DNA of 64,000 nt from Veleropilina oligotropha (taxonomy: Eukaryota), in contig JBEUKZ010000123.1 of the NCBI GenBank assembly GCA_048128005.1, positions 186,001 through 250,000 on the forward strand. Direction: 5' to 3'. Numbering within the stretch: the stretch's first letter is position 1; each line of letters starts with the position of its first letter. The notes under the pieces are model-generated. The model was given only the letters and a program-made list of their open reading frames with translations, was not told where the DNA came from and ran no database searches. The position numbers and the translations under genes were made by a program. Below, in pieces: positions 27,101 through 37,026 of this stretch.

Positions 27101-29972
27101 TGAATCGAATGCCGCCAATCTTAGATTTCTACGCCGTATAGTAGTTTTTAAATCTATTATCTTGTGCATTAACCTATGATGGAAATTAAGAAGTATCTAT
27201 AATAATGAATGCGCAACTGGACTGACCAACAGAATATCAATGTTTTCACCATATATTAACAGTTAATGAATCATGTAGCCTTCTGTTGGCTAAATGTTTA
27301 CTTAAGCCTGATAGCAGAACTTCTGAAGGGCATTGCTGTCCACTGGACAGGGTTGCTGCGCGGCTTTATGACACCTCAAAGAGGCAGGCTCATAAACTGC
27401 CTACTTCATCTGGTAAGGCAATTAGCACTGAGCTGGTCGCGCCGACATGAGACGAGGAATTAAAATAGTATTTTTTAAACAATGAAAGTACTTATTGTAT
27501 TCTTGTCACAATTCTCTAATATAACGATCTTTATATAGTATATTTTATGCGAAAATCTGGAAGAAAAAGGACGATTTTTAGAGGCGCTATGAAGCAATAT
27601 TCATCTAAAAAAACTAAGTCTAATAAAAGCTGCTAGCAGCTGTATAGGGCTCCAAGTTATATTCCTGGATATTCTAAAAATTTTAGGATTTTTTCAAATT
27701 TTTTTAAAATTTTTAAAAAAAAATTGAAAGTTTTTAGATCGAATTTTTTTATTATTTCCATTCAAAATATCTAAGCTCTAGCATCAATATTAACCGAGTT
27801 GGCCATTTCGTGACCATTTTCTGGAAAAATTAGGGCGTTTTCCTTAATTAGGTCATATACTGCAATGTAGGTCAACTGAGGTCAAAGGTCAAGGTCACAT
27901 GTGAACGATGAACCATGACTTCCCATAGGCTCCCCATAGTAACTATGTGTCTGCGGAGCATCCTTTTTGATATATTGCCACTTGAAACAAATGCTTTAAT
28001 GGCCGCCGAGGCACTTCCTGTTTTTCGATTTTATCACGTAAATTTGATAAATGTCAACTACAGACATCAATAGTAGTTCACTTCAACCACTATGGGCACA
28101 CATGTATGCATTTTTCCTTAATTAGGTCATTTCCTGCAATGTAGGTCACCTGAGGTCAAAGGTCAAGGTCATTTTCGAAAGCCCACCCATGACTTCCCAT
28201 AGGCTCCCCATAGTAACCATGGGTCTACGTTGCATCATTTCCAAGCTATAGCCATTTTAAATTGATTTCACTATGGCCGCCGGTTAAATTAAAAATTCAA
28301 AAATCCACTCTCATGACATTTTTGACAAGCGACTCTGGCATCCGAATATACTAATCATGTCCCGCTAGGTTAAATATTAACAAAGTTATAAAAGAAGCTA
28401 GTTTATGACGTAATCCAAGATGGCCGACAAACCGGCGCGGTCATGTGACTCAAAAAGTTGTATGCATCAAATCAGCTATAGTACTAACTATATGGCAACT
28501 TACAACTATGCAGCTATAGCCGTTTTTGCGCTAAAGTGTTTACAAAAAACGTCAGAATAATAATAATAATAATTAAAGCTGCTAGCAGCTGTATAGGGCT
28601 CCAAGTTATATTTCTGGATATTCTAAATTTTTTAGGATTTTTTTAAAAAAAATTTAAATTTTAAAAAAAAAATTGAAAGTTTTTAGATCGAATTTTTTTA
28701 TTATTTCCATTCAAAATATCTAAGCTCTAGCATCAATATTAACCGAGTTGGCCATTTCGTGACCATTTTATTGCAAAACTAGGGCGTTTTCCTTAATTAG
28801 GTCATTTACTGCAATGTAGGTCAACTGAGGTCAAAGGTCAAGGTCACATGTGAAAGATGAACCATGACTTCCCATAGGCTCCCCATAGTAACTATGTGTC
28901 TGCGGTGCATCCTTTTTGATATATTGCCACTTGAAACAAATGCTTTAATGGCCGCCGAGGCACTTCCTGTTTTTCGATTTTATCACGTAAATTTGATAAA
29001 TGTCGACTACAGACATCAATAGTAGTTCACTTCAACCACTATGGGCACACATGTATGCATTTTTCCTTAATTAGGTCATTTCCTGCAATGTAGGTCACTT
29101 GAGGTCAAAGGTCAAGGTCATTTTCGAAAGCCCACCCATGACTTCCCATAGGCTCCCCATAGTAACCATGGGTCTACGTTGCATCATTTCCAAGATATAG
29201 CCATTTTAAATTGATTTCACTATGGCCGCCGGTTAAATTAAAAATTCAAAAATCCACTCTCATGACATTTTTTACAAGCGACTCTGGCATCCGAATATAC
29301 TAATCATGTCGCTCTAGGTTAAATATTAACAAAGTTATAAAAGAAGCTAATTTATGACGTAATACAAGATGGCTGACAAACCGACGCGGTCATGTGACTC
29401 AAAAAGTTGTATGCATCAATTCAGCTATAGTAGTAACTATATGGCAACTTACAACTATGCAGCTATAGCAGTTTAGGCGCTAGGACTGACACAACTTCCG
29501 AGGAATAATAATAATAAGAAGAAGAAGAATAATAATAAAAATCACAATAAAAACAATAGGTCTCCAAAAAAAAAATTTTGGAGCCCTAATAATAATAATT
29601 CTTTCAATTTCAATAGGGCTTCAAGCTTGAAAAGGCTTGAAGCCCTAATAAGAAGAAGAATAATAGAAATTCTAATAAAAACAATAGGTCTTCAAGCCTG
29701 AAGTGCTTGAAGCCCTAATAAGAATAGAAATTCTAATAAAAACAATAGGTCTTCAAGCCTGAAGTGCTTGAAGCCCTAAATATAAAAACAATAGGTCTCC
29801 AAAAAAAAATTTTTGGAGCCCTAATAATAATAAACACTTTATTTTTCGAGGGAGTTCAGTTAGCATAATAACGCCAATCTTCCCCGAGTCCCTCGCTAGC
29901 TAATTATGCAAACATACAATGAAACAATATAGATAAAACAAAAATATTATACAGTATATACAATGATGTCAA

Positions 29973-29976
<4 letters not shown>

Positions 29977-30004
<28 letters not shown>
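29977..30004. repeat. (TA)n microsatellite in LINE 3' UTR
   Basis: Direct reading. Confidence 0.95.
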
Positions 30005-30007
<3 letters not shown>

Positions 30008-30096
30008 TGTATACACATATACACACATGTTATAGCAAACCCATACGAAAGAGATATATGAGATATGATAGCAGTATTATTATGTCTATCCAATAT

Positions 30097-33000
30097 TTAC
30101 AAGGGTGAAGACAATGATTTTAAATGGGTGTTCATTCTTTTTTTAAAACAGGTAATATTTTTGGCCTCTTTTATGGTCTGGGGTAAAGAATTCCAGAGCT
30201 GTGCTCCCCTATATGAGAATGCCCGTTTTAAAAATTCCGTTTTAGGTTTTGTCAGATACAGCTTTTTACATGTGCTGGATCTTAGTTTCTTAGAAGATAT
30301 GCTGTTTATGAGATGAAATTTACTAGTTAAATACTTTGGTGCAAGATTGTTTAAAGTTTTGTACATGAGAGTGCCTGTGAGAATGCTTAAACGATCAGGT
30401 ATATTTAGCCACCCCAATGTATGAAATAGCTGGGTACTTGGTATTTCAAAAGTAGCATCCAAGATAACTCGAGCAGCTTGTTTTTGAAGCCTTTCAATAC
30501 GTTTCAGGTTAGTCACCGAGCAATTCCCCCAAACAGTAAAACAATAATCAATGATTGATTGAATATAACTTGTATAAAATAATTTTCGGGATTTCATAGG
30601 CAAATATTTTTTTATCCTCCGCAATAATGATATTCTAGATGACACCAAAGAGCATGTATGGTCGATATGACTGTTCCATGTTAGATTACTGTCTATGTGT
30701 ACACCAAGTAGCTTTTCAGTTGAGGAACATTTTATAGTATCATTATTTAGCATTAAGGTCAATTCTTTATTTAACAATTTTTGACGACTTCCTATAAGGA
30801 TAGATTTACATTTGTCTGCATTTATCATCATACCATTTTCATGACACCATTTATCAATATGCATTAAATCAGACGTTATATCGTTAGTAATTTTATGAAT
30901 GTCCGTGCCCGATGAATGAATAGTGGTATCATCAGCAAAAAGATCTATATTGCATGATTTCACATTTAATGGTAGGTCGTTAATGAATATTAGAAATAAT
31001 ATAGGTCCGAGTATGGAGCCCTGGGGAACACCTGATTTTACTGTTGTAAATTCAGAATGGGATTTGCCAATGCATACTTTTTGCTTCCTGTCAAGGAGAT
31101 AGGATTGAAACCAGGACAAAGACTTAGTATTAAATTGATAAAGGTGTAGTTTTTGCAACAGTACTTCGTGGTCCACAAGATCAAATGCTTTTTTTAAGTC
31201 TACCAACAAGACACCTGTTATATTACCATTATCCATATTTGAAAGCCAATCATCTGTTAATTTGGTTAAAGCGGTTTGACATGAATGTGCTTCTCTGAAA
31301 CCAGATTGGCAACTTTGCAGGAGTGAGTGTTTATTTAAATAACATTGTAGTTTATCGCTTACATGCCTTTCAATAACTTTAGACAAAATAGGAAGGATGG
31401 AGATAGGTCTATAATTTTCTGCTTTAGTTTTGCTACCTTTCTTATGTATTGGGAAAATTTTAGCTTCTTTTAATTTAGAGGGAAATTTAGCTTGTGTGAT
31501 ACTTAGATTAAATATGTATGTAAGCGATTTGCATATAATATTTGCTGACATTTTCAATAAGCTTGGTCCGATACCGTCTAAGCCAGAAGACTTTGTAGTA
31601 TTTAAGCTTTTCAATGATTTTATCACGTCATCACATGTCATGATACCTAATTCGAATGTGTCATTGGTGTTTAACTTTGTCTGGACGTATTGCTTAAGGT
31701 CGCTTAAATCAGGGTGATTACTATTTGTATGTAAATTTAATGTTAAGGTAATGTCTCTAAAGTATTTGCTCAGGGTGTTTAATTGCTATCTCTTTGTGAT
31801 CATTAACAATTTTTGGGCCATTTTCAATACTATTTGGGTACGGTTCTTTTCTACTTTTCACTTTGGTGATATCCTGTAATACATTCCACATATTTTTAAC
31901 ATTTGATTTATCATTTACTGCCATTTCTACATAGTTTTTCTTTGACGAATCTATTAGACGTTTAACTTTGTTCCGCCAAATTTTAAAATTAACAGAATCA
32001 TTTTTCCTTTTACATAAATCTCTTAATCTACATGCTTCTTTGATGTCATCATTGTACCATTCTGGCTGCCGATATCGCCTTACACGCTTATTCTTAAGGG
32101 GAGCATGTATGTTGAGTACATCAGTGAAACATTTATACCATAAATCAAGGCAGACATCTGGGTCATTATAAAATTCAACACTGTAAAATGGTGCTCTTGA
32201 TAAATCTAATAAAAATTGGACTTCATTAAAATTCTTAAAGTTTCTATACTCTATTTCAAAGTGGTGGCTCTTTTTCTCATATTTATAGTTGTATTTAGTG
32301 ATGCTTATTGGATAATGATCGCTTAGACCATACACGGGGACATCCACATGTGTGATATTTTCTGGATGACTGGTATATACATGATCAATTATTTTTGCAC
32401 TCGTTTGTGTAACTCGTGTTGGGTTTAAAATAATTTGATGCAAGTCATGTGACTGCACGACCCCTTTCCATTTCGAGGGAAGTGAGTAAAGTGATTGAAA
32501 ATCGATGTTGAAATCACCTAGGATTATAACTTCATCTGTTTTATATAAAGCGTTTGATATTTGCTCATCAAATCTGTCAATCCAGTTTACATGTGATGCT
32601 GGAGGCCTATAGCAGAAACAAATTAAGAATGGTTTACTTTTAACTGGGGCGATCTCCACCCATATAGACTCGATATTATCCGTCTCCAAATCACCCCTTC
32701 TAGTAAACTGAATGTGGTCCAATAAATAAACAATGACACCGCCACCCATTGATTCCTTTCTATCTCTACGAACGGCGGTATAATTTTGGATGAAGATTTC
32801 TGCATCCGAAATGTCACTACTTAAAAAGGTCTCTGAAAATCCTATTATATCAGTCATGTTTTTGGTATCGTGAATTTGGAAATCTATTTCGTCAAATTTT
32901 GGCATCAAATGACAAATATTTAAATGAAGTATATTCAGACCCTTGTTTTTGCAATTAAATGGATTAACTACCTCAACATGTGACTCTCTACAGGACTGAT

Positions 33001-33385
33001 TATTAATAGTATTACCTAAGGCTAAGAAGATAAGTGTTATAGTATATATAATAATTATTTGTGAAATGAAATCATAGACATCTAGGACATTAAAAATATT
33101 ATCTGAATCAGACTCATGGATTATCTGGTCTCTATCATTTACATCATTTAACACAGTACTAGAAATAGAAACTGGTTGGGACTCGGGGATTGGCGTATCA
33201 ATACTATTTACAACATGTAGATCTGTGACAGGATTATCATATGCATACATGTTATTATAGTTACTAATACTATGAGTAATTTCACAGACACAAAATACTT
33301 GATCATTATTGCAATTTGAGCATAATGTCTGTAATACTGAATATTTATTTGCACAAAAATGTTTTTCTTTTGTGTCGGCTTCCAC
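30097..33385 (-). pseudogene. LINE ORF2 (AP endonuclease + reverse transcriptase) with one frameshift near 31780
   Basis: APE motifs (ILHLNI, FSETFL, GGGV, YRPP, LGDFN, IIDH, SDHYP) in 31757-33385. RT motifs (YRPISIL, QSGFR, DLKKAFD, GVPQGSILGP, FADD, LLGV) in 30097-31641. The frames join as EIA-NTLSKYF if 4 nt are removed at ~31779-31782. Confidence 0.9.
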
Positions 33386-33400
33386 TGCTTTGCCAGATTC

Positions 33401-35275
33401 TTAGAATTGGATGGCATCCTGACACATTTTCGATTTATGGCCAGTCACGCCACATTTCCAACACCTCACAGGTGATCCATGCCTGCATACTTTTGTCACG
33501 TGACCTGTTTCCCCACAATAGTAACACAATGGGTCATTGTTCATTGACGAATTACGTTTCGCATTCACGCCGTCCTTCAGTATGCTGGTAACAGCATTTA
33601 TGTTTTTCAAGAGATGTGCCGTTCCATATTTTGTAAGATGAATGCCATCCCAGTGAATAAACTTGGTTTGGCATTCTGTTGTCGCATATTGTTCGACGAA
33701 AGACACTGAACACTGATTACAAAACTCCTTTAAGGCAGTGTTCACTGATCTTACATCAACGTCTTTTCTCGGGGTTAACTCGGACACGATCACGTTGATG
33801 TCGGGATTATGGGAGAACACTACATTTAACAGACGCTGATATTCGTAGATGATGTCACTGACACATTGTCCTTGACTTGCATCGTTACCACCGACATGAA
33901 CAACAATGGTGTCATAAGTTGATAGATCCATGTTAAGTAGTGCAAGGCCGATGTCTGGTACTATACCGCCTCGAATACATTTGACGTCGACATCGCCAGA
34001 CAATCCACGTTTGTTCACCAATTTCAAGATAGACGAACCAATTATAAGTGTTCTCCCACTGCGACATGTTTGTTTGACTGCGGGTGCGGTACTCACAGGG
34101 TCTGGGCGGACATCCGTCGTGGGTTTGGGAATAGCTGTTCCGGTATGGGTTGTTTTCACTTTGTCATCATGCCGAGAAGGCGTTTCAGGCATGTTTGCTT
34201 GAGACTGTTTAGTTGGGATGGGCTGTTGTTGGCTTTCTTTGCGTTTCATTTTCGGTTGTTGGGCCTTAGGTTGGTTGGTTTGTGTTAATTGGTCCATTAA
34301 TGCACTCAATAAAGCTACTTGTTCTTCGCATTGTTCATTAGCTTGTCGCAAGCTCTCAGTAAGGTTTTTCCTTTCTTGTGCCAGAAGTTTTATGTCAGAT
34401 CTATTTGTTGCTAGCATTGCACGCATATGTGTAATCTGCTCTTTTAAAAGAGTATTCTCTTCGTTTAGGTCCGTGTTGACCTGAACACTGTCATTTGTCA
34501 ATGATTTGTTGTTGTTAATAAACGAGCGCAGTTTCTCCTTTGCTCGGTTTAAAGCATCTGCGTTAGATGAGATTTGTAAAATATAGCTCTTATTTGATTC
34601 TTCAAGCTGATCCATTCTTGATTGCATTGTGCAACAGCTGCTTAATTGGTGATTCACACTGTTGGTAATCAGATCAGATTTCATGGTTGAGTGATCAGTA
34701 TTTGCAGAGTAGCCCTTGGTCACAGCTATCTGCTTGGGCACTGTCATGCTGTTTGCACAATTCTCAATCGCAGCAATATCATTGGACAATGTGTCGATGT
34801 TTACATAGCTCTCATTTGTGGCAATCTGTTTGAGCTCTGTCATGCTGTTTGTACAGCAGGGACTGGGTGTAGATGTGATGGGCCATTGTTGTTTGGATTT
34901 CTCAATTAGGTCTTCCACAATAAATATAAATACATCATTCCACCAAATCTTGCAACCTCTTCCTTGTATATGTAGTCTTTTTGTCGAGTTATATGCTGTC
35001 ACAATAACATTCAGATTACAATGCAGTGTTTTATAGATAATACCATCACAACTTTTAAGAATGTTATAATCATAATTTTCAGTAAGATAGTTCTTTACTG
35101 TGTCGTAGATATCATAGTCTGATAGCGTGATTACTACAGAGTTCGTCCTGTCTGTATGATCTTGTACATAAAAGTCATATAAGATATCATCATCTGTCAT
35201 GTCTATTTCACTTACTTGAGCGATGTAGCTATCCACCGAAGATTGCAGCACACTGTCGGCGGCCATGTTGGCCAT
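33401..35275 (-). CDS. LINE ORF1p, 624 aa: coiled coil, SGNH/GDSL-esterase-like domain, two C-terminal CCHC zinc knuckles
   Basis: LIIGSS, VVHVGGND and DGIHL esterase blocks; CYYCGETGHVTKVC and CWKCGVTGHKSKMC knuckles; heptad-rich central region. Confidence 0.88.
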   Translation of the reverse strand: MANMAADSVLQSSVDSYIAQVSEIDMTDDDILYDFYVQDHTDRTNSVVITLSDYDIYDTVKNYLTENYDYNILKSCDGIIYKTLHCNLNVIVTAYNSTKRLHIQGRGCKIWWNDVFIFIVEDLIEKSKQQWPITSTPSPCCTNSMTELKQIATNESYVNIDTLSNDIAAIENCANSMTVPKQIAVTKGYSANTDHSTMKSDLITNSVNHQLSSCCTMQSRMDQLEESNKSYILQISSNADALNRAKEKLRSFINNNKSLTNDSVQVNTDLNEENTLLKEQITHMRAMLATNRSDIKLLAQERKNLTESLRQANEQCEEQVALLSALMDQLTQTNQPKAQQPKMKRKESQQQPIPTKQSQANMPETPSRHDDKVKTTHTGTAIPKPTTDVRPDPVSTAPAVKQTCRSGRTLIIGSSILKLVNKRGLSGDVDVKCIRGGIVPDIGLALLNMDLSTYDTIVVHVGGNDASQGQCVSDIIYEYQRLLNVVFSHNPDINVIVSELTPRKDVDVRSVNTALKEFCNQCSVSFVEQYATTECQTKFIHWDGIHLTKYGTAHLLKNINAVTSILKDGVNAKRNSSMNNDPLCYYCGETGHVTKVCRHGSPVRCWKCGVTGHKSKMCQDAIQF

Positions 35276-35504
35276 GCGACTTATTGATCCTCATCACATA
35301 ACATGTCACTTTCTCCCATAACAACACAAATACTTGCAGGTTTTCCTTGAAAGTTTCACATACTGATCTCTTTCTCCTTACAATCAGTGTAGTACCTTTT
35401 TCAACAAAATGACTCACTTATTTAATGCACTTGTAGCAATATAAATGAGGAGCTGCTAATTGCACTGTGGATCAATTACGGAGGATTGGTGGTTTTGGAA
35501 TCAT

Positions 35505-36412
35505 TCAGCCGCCACAGAGATTTCTTGTGTGCGCTGTACAGTGAAAGGTTATAATTCAATTTAATTCATATTTGGTAGGCACGTCAGTTATGATGAGGAC
35601 ACGCCACCTAACAATTTTCGTTATTTTCGGATCCAAGATGGCTGCCGTGGCGTCCATTTTGTTTGGAGAGATTTGATGTGTGCGCTCTACAGTAAAATTT
35701 ATTATCCGATTTGATTTATATTTGGTATGCACATTCGTTATGATGAGTACATGCCGTCTAAATATTTTTGTCATTTTCGGATACAAGATGGCCACCATGG
35801 TGTCCATTTTGTTTGATGAGATTTCTTGTGTGCGCTCTACAGTGAAAAGTTATTATCCGATTTGATTCATATTTGGTATGTGCTTTAGTTGTGATGAGGA
35901 CATGCCGCCTAAATATTTTCGTCGTTTTCGGATCCAAGATGACCGCCTTGGTGGCCATTTTCCTTGATTAGATTACTTGTGCGCGCTCTACAGTGAAAAG
36001 TTATTATCCGATTTGATTCAAATTTGGTATGCATGTTAGTTATGATGAAGACACACCACCTAACGATTTTTTGTCATTTTTGGATCCAAGATGGCGGCCA
36101 TTTTATTTGAAGATATTTCTTGTGCCCGCTCTACAGTGAAAAGTTATTTCCGATTTGATTCAAATTTTACAAGCACGTTAGTTGTGATGAGGACATGCCG
36201 CCTAACGATCCTTTCGGATCCAAGATGGCCGTCGCGGCAGCCATTTTATTTGAAGATATTTCTTGTGCGCGATCTACAGTGAATAGTTCTAATCCGATTT
36301 GATTCAAATTTGGTATACATGTTTAGTATGATGAGGACACGGTGCCTACTGATTTTTGCTACCGTGGGAGGGGATACATCCCCTCGACTTGCTGGGTCAA
36401 GGATTCGCTAGT
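35505..36412. mobile_element. HINE-like element with ~145-150 bp internal tandem repeats; inverted relative of 37503-38262
   Basis: About six repeats of CTCTACAGTGAAA...CAAGATGGC. The right end reverse-complements to aactagcgaatcc..gcaagt, as at 37503. No terminal hairpin is visible on the LINE side. Confidence 0.7.
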
Positions 36413-37026
36413 TCATATTCCATTTATATTATATAGAACTTACAAAGGTTTCACTCCTGTTTCCAATTAAGTAAACTCCAAAATTAGGAAAATATCCTTG
36501 CCAGGTCCAAGAGTGGGATTCAGTTGTATAAGAAGAAAAATTTCAATCGCAACAACAATCTTGGAAAATGGAACATTTAAGCAATACACCATGAATGCAC
36601 ACTGTAAGTTTTTATGAACCCTTGAGCAGCTGTCCATGTTTCCAATAACTGCCATCCATGTACTGGGGTAAATGAATTTGTCACCATCTCCATATATAAC
36701 CCATAGATCGAACCAGGACCTTGGATTTTGCTGTCACTGTGATATCAACACTCTACCACACTCTTCCCTACGGATCAACATTTATTATTGCAAAAATAAT
36801 ACTTCCCGGTATATACGGGCAATAGCCATTAACAATATATTAATGAACAACAATGTTCACTGCAAAAGCACCGAATAAAATAGCACCCATGAATATACAT
36901 ACATACATTCACTGGGTTAATATAAATCAAATAATTACTGAACTAATTAAAGCTGATTGTCTAGATAAAAAATATATGTAAAATACTGGTTAAATGCACA
37001 CCACAAATGTATAAGGTACCAAAGTT

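Larger units (their letters stand above)
1..29822 (-). mobile_element. ~30 kb nested/tandem array of Helentron-associated non-autonomous (HINE-like) elements, satellite-like; starts outside the window
   Basis: About 18 unit 'heads' TAAAGCTGC(T/G)AGCAGCTGT..AGGGCT(T/C)CAA (palindrome plus subterminal IR; e.g. 462, 2455, 4330, 6460, 8090, 20021, 24323, 28572). About 12 'tails' such as AGGTCTTCAAGC-CTGAAGT-GCTTGAAGCCCT (hairpin containing the complementary subTIR; e.g. 4288-4318, 8057-8087, five in 29558-29822), each preceded by (AAT/AAG)n. Read on the minus strand this is the HINE layout: 5' subTIR+IR, microsatellite, internal tandem repeats, 3' subTIR, terminal stem-loop. No coding capacity. 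Confidence 0.8.
29823..35480 (-). mobile_element. Near-full-length non-LTR retrotransposon (LINE), CR1/L2 group
   Basis: ORF1 plus APE-RT ORF2. The 3' end on the minus strand reads AATAAAGTGTT(TAT/TTA)n, preceded by a stem-loop (cgaggga 29847 / tccctcg 29895). 5' boundary approximate. Confidence 0.93.

Noticed and set aside
1..29822. CRISPR-like or integron-like reading of the palindromic repeats
   Set aside because: Intervening sequences are themselves repeated, not unique spacers or cassettes; no cas or integrase genes; spliceosomal-intron context.
30065..35036. Plus-strand ORFs overlapping the LINE
   Set aside because: Antisense shadows of real ORFs.
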